From the NCBI GenBank assembly GCA_964643675.1, contig CAZXTO010000003.1, positions 1 through 33,134 of the forward strand: a DNA stretch of 33,134 bases. The letters run 5' to 3'. Source of the stretch: an uncultured Planctomycetales bacterium. Its GTDB lineage: Bacteria > Planctomycetota > UBA1135. The translations under genes and the position numbers were made by a program. The notes below the pieces were generated by a model that did not search any database, was not told the origin of the DNA, and saw nothing but the letters and a program-made list of their open reading frames with translations. Shown here in pieces: positions 1-8,738 of this stretch (its first letter is position 1; each line of letters begins with the position of its first letter).

Positions 1-369
1 GAGACCGAAGCGATCCGGGGCGGGTTGCGGGTGCGCGCGCGGTGGAGCGAACTGCGCGAGGACCCCTTCGTCTGGGACCCGTGGCGCGAGGGCGACCGCC
101 GGCCGCGCGGCCGGGTCCACCTGCGGGTGCCGCTCGAGCGGGAGCCGCGCCGCGCGCCGGTGGCGGAGCTGGAGCAGGCCTGGGCCTGGCGCGGCGAGGA
201 GCGCGCGCCGCTCGAGCTCGAGCTGATCTCACTGGTGGAGCAGGATCCCGACGGCCGCTGGCTGCTGCACCTCAAGGCCAGCGGACCGCGGGACCAGATG
301 GACGCCCGCGGCGGGCAGCCGGGCCCGGACGCGATCGAGCTGGTGGTCCGGCTGCGCTTCCGCTCCTGA
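1..369 (+). CDS. Hypothetical protein, C-terminal part (truncated by window edge)
   Basis: Frame 1 is open from base 1 to TGA 367-369 with G/C-rich third positions; no recognisable motif. Confidence 0.6.
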   Translation, partial: ETEAIRGGLRVRARWSELREDPFVWDPWREGDRRPRGRVHLRVPLEREPRRAPVAELEQAWAWRGEERAPLELELISLVEQDPDGRWLLHLKASGPRDQMDARGGQPGPDAIELVVRLRFRS

Positions 370-454
370 CGCGACCGGTTAGGCTGGGACCGGCCACTCG
401 CGGCCGCTTTCTATCGCCTCCCCCCGTTTTCCTCCCCGACCCGCCTCCTCGACC

Positions 455-823
455 ATGACCGACTCCCTCCGCGTCCTGCAGCAACGGATCCTCCGCTTCC
501 GCGATGAACGGGACTGGGCCCAATTCCACAAGCCGAAGGACCTGGCGCTGGCGGTCGGCATCGAGGCCGGCGAGCTCGGCGAGCTGTTCCTGTGGAAGAG
601 CGAGGAGGAGGCCCAGGAACGCCTGGGCGACGCGGAAGGCCGCGAGCAGGTCGGGGACGAGATGGCCGACGTGCTGCTCTACCTGCTGCTGCTGGCCGAC
701 GCCGCCGGCATCGAGCTCGGCGCCGCGGTGGACACCAAGATGGCGAAGAACGCCACCCGCTACCCGGTCGAGGCCTCGCGGGGCAGCGCCGCCAAGTACA
801 CCGAATTCGGCTTGGGCGGCTGA
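455..823 (+). CDS. MazG-like all-alpha nucleotide pyrophosphohydrolase (RS21-C6/DCTPP1-like)
   Basis: FRDERDWAQFHKPKDLALAVGIEAGELGELF and DEMADVLLYLL (ExxE...ExxD metal site); KMAKNATRYP tail. Confidence 0.9.
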   Translation: MTDSLRVLQQRILRFRDERDWAQFHKPKDLALAVGIEAGELGELFLWKSEEEAQERLGDAEGREQVGDEMADVLLYLLLLADAAGIELGAAVDTKMAKNATRYPVEASRGSAAKYTEFGLGG

Positions 824-896
824 GCGGCGGCCGCGGCTGGCGCGCCCGGGGAATCCGGGGGACAATGCGGGGCCGTAGGGAGCCCCCCGCCTGCCG

Positions 897-2966
897 ATGA
901 ACCCGTCCCCGCACGACCCGCCGCCCGCCGCCGCCGACGCTCCGGCCTGGACCCCCGCCGACTCCGCCAGCCTCTACGGGGTCGACGCCTGGGGCCAGGG
1001 CTACTTCGGCGTCAACCCGCGCGGCGGCCTGACGGTCAACCCGACCCAGGATCCGGCGCGCGCCATCGACCTGCTCGAGGTGGTCGAGGGCATGCGCGAG
1101 CGCGGCTTGAACACCCCGCTCCTGCTGCGCTTCGGCGACCTGCTCGAGCACCGGCTGCGCGAGATCCGGCGCGCCTTCGACGACGCCATCAGCGGCGCCG
1201 GCTACCAAGGGAGCTACCGCTGCATCTACCCGATCAAGGTCAACCAGCAGCGCCACGTGTGCGAGGAGATCGCCGCGGTAGGGGATGAGCTCGGATACGG
1301 GCTCGAGGCCGGCTCCAAGCCGGAGCTGCTGGCGGTGCTCGGGCTGACCTCGGGCAAGCCGGAGATGCCGATCGTCTGCAACGGCTTCAAGGACGAGGAA
1401 TTCATCGAGACCGTGATCCTGGCCGCCAAGCTCGGCCGCAACATCACCACCGTGGTCGAGAAGCCGAGCGAGCTCGACATGCTGATCAAGTACGCCCGCA
1501 AGTACGCGGTGCGGCCGCAGATCGGCATCCGGGTCAAGCTGGCGGCGCGCGGCGCCGGGCTGTGGGAGGCCTCGGGCGGCGTGCGCAGCAAGTTCGGCCT
1601 GTTCGTGTCCGAGGTCCTGCAGGCGCTGGAGCTGCTCGAGCAGGAGGGCATGGCCGACTGCCTGTCGATGCTGCATTGCCACATCGGCAGCCAGGTCCAC
1701 GACATCCACCACCTCGAGGCCGCGGCCAACGAGATCGCGCGGGTCTACTGCGAGCTGCGCAAGCTCGGCGCCGGCCTGCGCGCGATCGACGTCGGCGGCG
1801 GGCTCGGCGTCGACTACGACGGCAGCCAGACCAACTGGGAGTCCTCGACCAACTACCGGCTCGAGGAGTACGCCGCCGCCGTGGTGAGCAAGGTCCAGTC
1901 GGCCTGCGACCAGGCCGAGGTGCCGCACCCGGACATCCTGTCGGAGTCGGGCCGGGCCATGGTCAGCTACTCCAGCGTCCTGGTCTGCAACGTGCTCGGC
2001 CGCAGCAGCTTCGACGCCGGCATGCCGCTGCGCGAGCTCGAGCAGGACGCCAGCGACGACGACGCCCCGCCGCCGCTCAAGGAGCTGCTCGAGGTGCGGC
2101 GCGAGCTGAGCCCGGAGAAGCTGCGCTGGGCCTTCCACAAGGCCACCGCCGCGCGCGACCAGGCCCACTCGCTGTTCGACCTCGGCTACCTGTCGCTGAC
2201 CGGCCGCGCCGCCTGCGACGAGGTCTACTGGCGCATCTGCAGCCGCCTGTGGCAGCTGGCGCAGACCGAGGAGGAGGTGCCCGAGGAGCTGCAGCCGCTC
2301 GGCAGCTCGCTGAGCGACATCTACTTCTGCAACTTCAGCCTGTTCCAGTCGCTGCCGGACTCGTGGGCGATCCACCAGGTCTTCCCGGTGTGCCCGATCC
2401 ACCGGCTGGACGAGGAGCCGAGCCGGCGCGGCGTGCTGGCCGACATCACCTGTGACTCCGACGGCCAGATCGGGCAGTTCCCCGACAAGCGCCAGAACGA
2501 GGTCAAGAAGGTGCTCGAGCTGCACGAGCTGCAGCCGGACGAGCCCTACTACCTCGGCTTCTTCCTGGTCGGCGCCTACCAGGAGATCCTCGGCGACCTG
2601 CACAACCTGCTCGGCGATACCCACGCGGTGCACATCCGCCTCGACGAGGACGGCGAGTGGGAGGTCGACGAGGTCGTGCGCGGCGACACCGTGCGCGAGG
2701 TGCTCGGTTACGTGCACTACCACCCCGAGCTGCTCGAGGAGGCGTTGCGGCGCGAGATCGAGAAGGCCACCCGGCGGCAGCGGCTGACCGTGCGCGAGGG
2801 CCGCTCGCTGCTGCACTACTACCGTGACGGCCTCGAGGGCTACACCTATCTCGAGGAGGCCGAGCCGGAGGTCGCGGGCGTGACCACGACCGATCAGGCG
2901 CCGGCCGTGAAGCCTCCCCATCCCTCCGATTCCTCCAAGCAGAAACCGGAACCCGCCGGAACCTGA
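897..2966 (+). CDS. speA: Biosynthetic arginine decarboxylase (PLP-dependent)
   Basis: YPIKVNQ (PLP lysine), GLEAGSKPEL, HIGSQ, DVGGGLGVDYDG, NFSLFQSLPDSWAI, ADITCDSDG, GAYQEILGDLHNL. Confidence 0.96.
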   Translation: MNPSPHDPPPAAADAPAWTPADSASLYGVDAWGQGYFGVNPRGGLTVNPTQDPARAIDLLEVVEGMRERGLNTPLLLRFGDLLEHRLREIRRAFDDAISGAGYQGSYRCIYPIKVNQQRHVCEEIAAVGDELGYGLEAGSKPELLAVLGLTSGKPEMPIVCNGFKDEEFIETVILAAKLGRNITTVVEKPSELDMLIKYARKYAVRPQIGIRVKLAARGAGLWEASGGVRSKFGLFVSEVLQALELLEQEGMADCLSMLHCHIGSQVHDIHHLEAAANEIARVYCELRKLGAGLRAIDVGGGLGVDYDGSQTNWESSTNYRLEEYAAAVVSKVQSACDQAEVPHPDILSESGRAMVSYSSVLVCNVLGRSSFDAGMPLRELEQDASDDDAPPPLKELLEVRRELSPEKLRWAFHKATAARDQAHSLFDLGYLSLTGRAACDEVYWRICSRLWQLAQTEEEVPEELQPLGSSLSDIYFCNFSLFQSLPDSWAIHQVFPVCPIHRLDEEPSRRGVLADITCDSDGQIGQFPDKRQNEVKKVLELHELQPDEPYYLGFFLVGAYQEILGDLHNLLGDTHAVHIRLDEDGEWEVDEVVRGDTVREVLGYVHYHPELLEEALRREIEKATRRQRLTVREGRSLLHYYRDGLEGYTYLEEAEPEVAGVTTTDQAPAVKPPHPSDSSKQKPEPAGT

Positions 2967-2983
2967 GTCCTTCCTACCTGACC

Positions 2984-4801
2984 ATGAACCCCATCCCCCT
3001 GCTGTTCCTCCTGGCCCCCGTTGCGCAGCAACCGGAGCAACTCCATGTCCCTTCCGTCGAAGGGCTTGCGGTCGACCGCCTGGACCGCGCCGAGGTCCTC
3101 GCCCGGCGCTTCCTGAGCGAGCAGGGGCTCCAGGGCGGGCTCGAATTGGAGCGCGACCTGGGCTGGTCGCAGACCGCCGACCGGGTGGTCTACCAGCGCA
3201 GCTACGCCGGCTACCCGGTGCGAGGCGAGCAGATCAAGGTCGTGATGTTCCGTGACGGCAGCGCCATCGTCGAGGGCGCGCCGGCCGCGATGGGCGCCGC
3301 CGCTCCGGTGGTGGGCGTGGGCGAGGTCTCCGCCCGCGAGCTCGCCCTGGCCGAGGTCGCCGCCGAGGGCGCCGCTTCGATCGAGCGAGCCCGCCTGGCC
3401 TGGCAGGGCCACCGCCTGGTGTGGGAGCTGCGCACCCGGATCCAGGGCGACGGCACCTGGCACGAGGACCTGCTGGTCGACGCCGCCACCGGCGCGCTGG
3501 CCGGCCGGGTCGACCTCCGCGTGATGTGCTGCAACCGCGCGGTCAACGGCACCGGCCAGGTCTTCGACCCCAACCCGGTCCAGACCCTCGACGACCACTC
3601 GCTGAAGGACAACAACGACTCCAACTCGGCCGTGCCCGCCTCGGAGTACTACCCGGTCACCCTGCTCGACCTGGCCGGCACCGGCTACCTCGACGGCCCC
3701 TACGCCTCGACCTCGCCGACCAGCGGCCGCGCCTACGAGCCGAGCAACAACTTCATCTACCAGCGCAACCCCGACGAGTTCGAGGAGGTCATGTCCTACT
3801 ACCACGTGGACATGTTCCAGCGCTACCTGCAGTCGGTGGGCCAGATGAACGCCAACAACCGGCAGCAGCGGATGGACGTCAACGGCACCACCTGGGACAA
3901 CAGCTGGTACGACCCGGGCAACCGCGTGATCACGCTCGGCTCGGGCGGCGTGGACGACGCCGAGGACGCCGACATCATCATCCACGAGTACGGCCACGCG
4001 CTGCACGACGACGTGCAGGGCAGCATCGGCAACGGCCAGAACGGCGCCATGAGCGAGGGCTACGGCGACTACTTCGCCGCCAGCTTCTACGACGACGCGC
4101 TGGTCGGCGAATGGGACGCGGTCTCCTACACCGGCGGCTCGGTCCATTACCTGCGCCGGGTGGACGAGAACAAGTACTACCCGGGTCACCTGGTCGGCCA
4201 GGTGCACTCCGACGGCGAGATCTGGTCCGCCGGTCTGTGGGACTTCCGGATGGCGGTCGGCCGCGAGGTCGCCGACAACATCATCGTCGAGGCGATGAGC
4301 CTGCAGTCGGCCAGCACCAACATGTCGAGCGGCGCCAACTGGCTGCTGACCGCCGAGCAGCAGCTCTACGGCGGCGCCTGGAAGCCCTTCCTCGAGTGGG
4401 CGCTCGACCGCCGCGGCTTCATCAGCCTGCCGTCGAATACGGTCGTGTTGTCGCCGGCCGACTCCACCCCGGTCTCGGGCAACTCGACGACGCTCAACCT
4501 GACGGCGAGCGCCCACGGCGGCCAGCAGTTCAAGGTCCTGGCCTCGATGCAGCCCGGCGCCAACCCGCTCGGCCCGCCCTACAACACCACGATCCACGTC
4601 GGCCTCGACCTGCTCGCGATCTCGCTCAGCCAGCCCGGCTTCCAGGGCAGCCTGAGCGGCTCCGGCACGGCTTCGATCCCGGTGAGCATCCCGGTCAGCC
4701 TCGAACAGCAGCCGGTCGCCTTCCAGGCCGGCATCTTCGACGCCGCCGGCACCCTGCTCGAGGTGTCGAAGCCCTGCGCGATTCGGACCGGCATCCACTA
4801 G
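2984..4801 (+). CDS. Secreted zinc metalloprotease, M36 (fungalysin-like)/M4-type, with propeptide and C-terminal beta domain
   Basis: Hydrophobic N-terminus, FTP/PepSY-like propeptide (QRSYAGYPVRG; LLVDAATG), DAEDADIIIHEYGH (HExxH), AMSEGYGDYFA, QVHSDGEIWS. Confidence 0.85.
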   Translation: MNPIPLLFLLAPVAQQPEQLHVPSVEGLAVDRLDRAEVLARRFLSEQGLQGGLELERDLGWSQTADRVVYQRSYAGYPVRGEQIKVVMFRDGSAIVEGAPAAMGAAAPVVGVGEVSARELALAEVAAEGAASIERARLAWQGHRLVWELRTRIQGDGTWHEDLLVDAATGALAGRVDLRVMCCNRAVNGTGQVFDPNPVQTLDDHSLKDNNDSNSAVPASEYYPVTLLDLAGTGYLDGPYASTSPTSGRAYEPSNNFIYQRNPDEFEEVMSYYHVDMFQRYLQSVGQMNANNRQQRMDVNGTTWDNSWYDPGNRVITLGSGGVDDAEDADIIIHEYGHALHDDVQGSIGNGQNGAMSEGYGDYFAASFYDDALVGEWDAVSYTGGSVHYLRRVDENKYYPGHLVGQVHSDGEIWSAGLWDFRMAVGREVADNIIVEAMSLQSASTNMSSGANWLLTAEQQLYGGAWKPFLEWALDRRGFISLPSNTVVLSPADSTPVSGNSTTLNLTASAHGGQQFKVLASMQPGANPLGPPYNTTIHVGLDLLAISLSQPGFQGSLSGSGTASIPVSIPVSLEQQPVAFQAGIFDAAGTLLEVSKPCAIRTGIH

Positions 4802-4846
4802 ATCATCCGGGTTCGACGGCGCGTGGGAGGCCGCGCGCTCCACCAG

Positions 4847-4875
4847 ACCGGCGCGGCCCCTCGGGCCGCGCCGGT
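4847..4875 (+). terminator. GC-rich stem-loop after protease gene (probable terminator)
   Basis: Perfect 13-bp inverted repeat ACCGGCGCGGCCC-ctc-GGGCCGCGCCGGT; only a weak pyrimidine tail. Confidence 0.55.
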
Positions 4876-4890
4876 TCCTCGTGATTCCCG

Positions 4891-4916
4891 TGTAACCCCG
4901 TGCTCGGTAGGGCGTC
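4891..4916 (+). promoter_or_regulatory. Putative ECF-sigma promoter
   Basis: TGTAAC-N16-CGTC, 8 nt before GTG 4925. Confidence 0.4.
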
Positions 4917-4924
4917 TTCCGGGT

Positions 4925-5445
4925 GTGGAGGGCGGTGAATCCGATCGGGACCGGATCGAATGCTCGATCCTGGTTGTCAGAAGCCGCGGGTGATGCTCGA
5001 CGAGGATCTGGCCGTGCTCTAAGGCGTGGAGACCCGTGTCCTCATCCAAGCGGTCATGAGGAATCAGGAGCGGTTTCCGGGAGACTTCCTCTTTCGACTG
5101 AGCTCCGCCGAGGGGGCCAACTTGAGATCACAATCTGTGATCTCAAGTTGGGGAGGGCGCAGGTCGTGTCCCTATGCATTTACAGAGCAAGGTGTTGCGG
5201 TGTTGTCCGGCGTCATTCGGAGCCCGCGCGCGGTCTCGGTGAACATCGAGATCATGCGGGCTTTCGTTCGGCTGAGACGGATTCTCCACACCCACGAAGG
5301 GCTGCGGCAGGAGCTCGAGGAGTTGGAGAAGCGCTACGACGGGCAGTTCCGCCTGGTCTTCGACGCCTTGCGGGCCCTGATGGAGCCAGAGAGCACGCCG
5401 GAGGGGGAGCGCATCGGCTTCCGGCCGCCGGCGGCGGAGCCGTGA
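4925..5445 (+). pseudogene. ORF6N (KilA-N-related) DNA-binding protein, disrupted
   Basis: RIECSILVVR in one frame ends at TGA 4991-4993; [61 protein letters not shown] continues in another frame with TAA 5020-5022 at the usual Tyr. Confidence 0.85.
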
Positions 5446-5448
5446 GGC

Positions 5449-6741
5449 TCACTCCGCCTTGCGCAGCAGCACGACGCGGTTGCTGTTGGTGCCGTGGCGG
5501 TTGTTGGCGACGCCCCACAGCGAGCTGGTCTTGACGAAGTCCTGGGCGTGGATCAGCACCAGCTCCGGCTGCCAGCCCGCCGTCACGCCGCAGGGCAGGA
5601 CCTCCTCCTCGAGTCGCAGCTCGCCCTTGCGGATCTCTCCGACCTCGAAGGCCAGGTAGCCGCCGGGGCGGCTCAGGCGAAGACACTCGCGCATGACGGC
5701 GGTGATGAAGCGGCGCCACTCGGGCAGGTTCGGCGGGGTGGTGATGCCGACCGCCTTGGCGTCGAGTCCGCAGAACCAGCAGCGCAACCAGTTGATGCGG
5801 GCGTAGTCGTAGACGTTCAGGAAGGGCGGGCTGGTGACGGTCAGGGCGACCTCGCCGGCGGGGAAGCCATCGGCGGGCAAACCACCGGAGAGCACGGCGC
5901 CGGCGGGCAATGCACCGAGCTTCCGCGCGTCGCCGGTGTGGATCCGCGCCTTCGGCGCCACCGCTGCCAGCGCCGCCCGCTGCTCCGCGGTCAGGGTCTT
6001 CTGCAAGGTCCGGGTCTTCTTCAGGATCAGGGCGTCGACGTCGCGTTCGGGCGGCACCTGGTCGCGGCTGGCGTTGATGCGGCGCTGACCGTCGAGGGTG
6101 GCGGCCTGGTTCGGCGGCATGGTGTAGACCGAGAAGAAGCCGGCCGAGTGGCCGGTCAGGCGGTTCAGCGCCACGACCTGGATCCAGCGGTCGAGCGCGT
6201 CCTGCTGCTCGCCGCGGTCGAGCAGGTAGCGGCGGAGCGACTGGATCCGCGCCAGCGTGCGCCGGTGGTAGAACACCAGCAGCTCCTCCTCGAGCGGGCC
6301 GGGCGGGGTGTCGATCCGCGCCAGCCGCTCTGCCACCTCGGCCTCGGTCGGCGGCGCCAGCCGCCCCAGCGCCATCACCCGGCTGAGCGGGTTCACGTCC
6401 ACGCCCCACGGCACCCGGCCGTGCAGCGCCGCCTCGACCGGGGTGGTGCCGCGGCCGAGGAAGGGGTCGAACACGACCTCTCCCGGCGCGGTCAGCCGCT
6501 CCACGAAGAAGCGCGGCAGCTCCGGCTTGAAGCAGGCGAAGTAGGACACCTCGTGCAGCGAGCTGGCCATGCGTTGGCGCGCGGTCCAGAACTGGTTGAC
6601 GTAGACCGGCACGCGGCCTGCGGCGGACGACCCTAGCTCCAGCGCGCCGACTTCCGTGGGGCGACCGAAGGCGTCGAAGTCCCGCAGCTCCTGATGGAGG
6701 GCGGCGAGGTCTTCGTCGGCGCAGCGGGCGGGTCCGGGCAT
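5449..6741 (-). CDS. Orphan amino-DNA methyltransferase (N4-C/N6-A type, motif I before motif IV)
   Basis: VFDPFLGRGTT (SAM-binding motif I) and LTVTSPPF (catalytic motif IV); ATG 6741 preferred over TTG 6759. Confidence 0.85.
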   Translation of the reverse strand: MPGPARCADEDLAALHQELRDFDAFGRPTEVGALELGSSAAGRVPVYVNQFWTARQRMASSLHEVSYFACFKPELPRFFVERLTAPGEVVFDPFLGRGTTPVEAALHGRVPWGVDVNPLSRVMALGRLAPPTEAEVAERLARIDTPPGPLEEELLVFYHRRTLARIQSLRRYLLDRGEQQDALDRWIQVVALNRLTGHSAGFFSVYTMPPNQAATLDGQRRINASRDQVPPERDVDALILKKTRTLQKTLTAEQRAALAAVAPKARIHTGDARKLGALPAGAVLSGGLPADGFPAGEVALTVTSPPFLNVYDYARINWLRCWFCGLDAKAVGITTPPNLPEWRRFITAVMRECLRLSRPGGYLAFEVGEIRKGELRLEEEVLPCGVTAGWQPELVLIHAQDFVKTSSLWGVANNRHGTNSNRVVLLRKAE

Positions 6742-6785
6742 TCGGATCCACCGTACCAAGCCGCGCCCTCCGGTACCATGAAGGG

Positions 6786-7631
6786 ATGCGCCACCGCATC
6801 CTCCTTCCCCTGCTGCTCCTGCTCGGCCTGGCCGGGCCGCTCGCCGCGCAGACCGAGCGGGTGCTGATCGTCGGCGACTCCTGGGCCGAGCTGACCTGGG
6901 CCTTCGGCTCGCTCGACAAGGCGCTGGCCCGGGTCGGCCACGGCGACAAGATCGCGGTGGGGGACACCACCGCCATCGGCGGCACCACCGCCGAGCAGTG
7001 GAACAGCGCCTCCTACCAAGCCCTGATCAGCCAGGAGCTGGCCGCTCATCCGAGCATCGACGTGATCCACCTGAACGTCGGCGGCAACGACTTCCTCGGC
7101 GCCTGGAACACCGGCATGAGCGTCAGCGAGGAGCAGGCGCTCTACCAGCAGATCGCCGACGACGTCGAGGGGCTGGTCCAGTTCCTCCACGGCATCGACC
7201 CGGACCTGCAGGTGGTGTTCGTGGGCTACGACTACATCAACCTCGAGGAGATGCGGTCTGACCCCTTCACCTTCCTGCTGTGGCTGGCCCTCGGCCTCCC
7301 CAGCCCCGGGCGGGTGAACCGGGCCCTGTTCGACAGCTCGGCGACCGTCTACCAGCGCCTCGCCGCCGACCCGACCGTGCACTTCCTGAACCACGCCGGC
7401 CTGATGCAGTGGGTCTTCGGCTACCCCGCCCACGGCATCGCCCCGCGCAGCACCCCCTTGCCGGGAAACGCCCACAACGGCTACCGGCCGGCCCTGGGCG
7501 GCGACCCGGCCCTGCCGAGCCCGCCGGCGGCGATGCTCGACGGCATCCACCTGAACCCGGCCGGCTACGACGCCGTCACCCTGCACTGCGCGGTGCGTTT
7601 CTACGATTCCTGGTTCGACGCGAATCCCTGA
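6786..7631 (+). CDS. Secreted SGNH/GDSL-family hydrolase
   Basis: Signal peptide, IVGDSW (block I), NVGGND (block III), DGIHLNPAGY (block V). Confidence 0.88.
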   Translation: MRHRILLPLLLLLGLAGPLAAQTERVLIVGDSWAELTWAFGSLDKALARVGHGDKIAVGDTTAIGGTTAEQWNSASYQALISQELAAHPSIDVIHLNVGGNDFLGAWNTGMSVSEEQALYQQIADDVEGLVQFLHGIDPDLQVVFVGYDYINLEEMRSDPFTFLLWLALGLPSPGRVNRALFDSSATVYQRLAADPTVHFLNHAGLMQWVFGYPAHGIAPRSTPLPGNAHNGYRPALGGDPALPSPPAAMLDGIHLNPAGYDAVTLHCAVRFYDSWFDANP

Positions 7632-7669
7632 GGATTCCTCTCCGCCGCCAAAAACTGGCGCTTTCTCTC

Positions 7670-7695
7670 TTGAACGGATCGCGATTTCGGACGTA
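7670..7695 (+). promoter_or_regulatory. Putative ECF-sigma promoter upstream of NYN gene
   Basis: TTGAAC-N16-CGTA in an AT-richer intergenic stretch; a TAGACT hexamer follows, so a sigma70 reading is also possible. Confidence 0.35.
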
Positions 7696-7745
7696 GTAGA
7701 CTCCGTTGCCGTGATCTTTCCTTACCCAACGTTCCGAGCAGGGCC

Positions 7746-8729
7746 ATGGCTTTGAGAACCAACGCACCGGATTCCTCACGCCGATTTACCAAGATCGGGA
7801 TTTTTCTCGACGGCAGTTTCTTTTCCCACGTCAGCCACTTCTACAAGTGGCACCACCCCAGGGGCACCCGCCTCTCCCTCCCCGGGCTGCAGCGCTTCAT
7901 CCGCCGCCGGGTCTCCGAGGGCGAGGGCCTGGATGAGCGCTTCTGCCACATCGTCGACGCCCACTTCTTCCGCGGCCGCCTGAACGCCCGCGAGGCCCGC
8001 GACCGCGAGGCGCTCTACCTCGAGCGCGTCTTCGACGAGGCCCTGATGCGCTCCGGCATCGAGACCCACTACCTGCCGGTCACCCAGAGCAAGGAGAAGG
8101 GGGTGGACGTGCTGCTGGCGCTCGAGGCCTACGAGCGCTCGGTCTTCAAGGGCCTCGACGTCTGCGTGTTGTTCGCCGGCGACGCCGACTTCATCCCGCT
8201 GGTGCGCAAGCTGCACACCCTCGGCACGCGCGTCATGGTGCTCGGCTGGCACGTCGAACACACCGACCAGGACGGCACCCACCACGAGACCAAGTGCGCC
8301 CACCACCTGATGGAGGAGGCGACCTATCCGATCATGGTCAGCGAAGAGGTCGACGCGGTCGAGATCGGCGCCGACCCCCTGATCGAGGACATCTTCTATC
8401 AGCCGAGCGGCGCTCCCGAGCACGAGCTCGAGGAGGCCGGCGGCGCGCTGGCCGACCCGATCGTTCCCAGCCGGCGGCGGCCGCAAGAAGAGTCCGATCC
8501 GGCCGAGGACGAGCGCAACCGCTGCGAAGGCAGCGTCGTGCACCTGCAGGACAACTGGGGCTTCGTGGCGAGGGACGGCGACGAGCGTCACTTCTTCTTC
8601 CACGAGACCGACCTGCGCAACCTCGAGTACGAGGACCTGCAGATCGGCCGCCGGGTCAGCTTCGTCGCCAGCGCCAACGAGCGCGGACCCTACGCCAAGC
8701 AGGTCCGCGAATCGAAGGCCCTGGTCTGA
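7746..8729 (+). CDS. NYN (LabA/DUF88, PIN-fold) nuclease fused to C-terminal cold-shock domain
   Basis: IFLDGSFF, EKGVDVLLALE, LFAGDADFIPLVRKL; C-terminal WGFV..FFFHETDL..LQIGRRVSF..GPYAKQV (RNP1/RNP2-like). Confidence 0.88.
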   Translation: MALRTNAPDSSRRFTKIGIFLDGSFFSHVSHFYKWHHPRGTRLSLPGLQRFIRRRVSEGEGLDERFCHIVDAHFFRGRLNAREARDREALYLERVFDEALMRSGIETHYLPVTQSKEKGVDVLLALEAYERSVFKGLDVCVLFAGDADFIPLVRKLHTLGTRVMVLGWHVEHTDQDGTHHETKCAHHLMEEATYPIMVSEEVDAVEIGADPLIEDIFYQPSGAPEHELEEAGGALADPIVPSRRRPQEESDPAEDERNRCEGSVVHLQDNWGFVARDGDERHFFFHETDLRNLEYEDLQIGRRVSFVASANERGPYAKQVRESKALV

Positions 8730-8738
8730 GCGCCGGCG

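Noticed and set aside
5020-5022. Stop-codon readthrough or alternative genetic code at the ORF6N TAA
   Set aside because: TAA ends other genes here (18063, 26916) and an independent frameshift lies just upstream; pseudogenisation is simpler
7256-7265. GTCTGACCCC core inside the SGNH gene
   Set aside because: Only the 10-nt core matches, flanks differ, and it reads as normal coding sequence (RSDPF); likely chance
4925-8729. Prophage or defence island (ORF6N, MTase, NYN)
   Set aside because: No integrase, att repeats, tRNA or phage structural genes; MTase and SGNH genes have native codon bias
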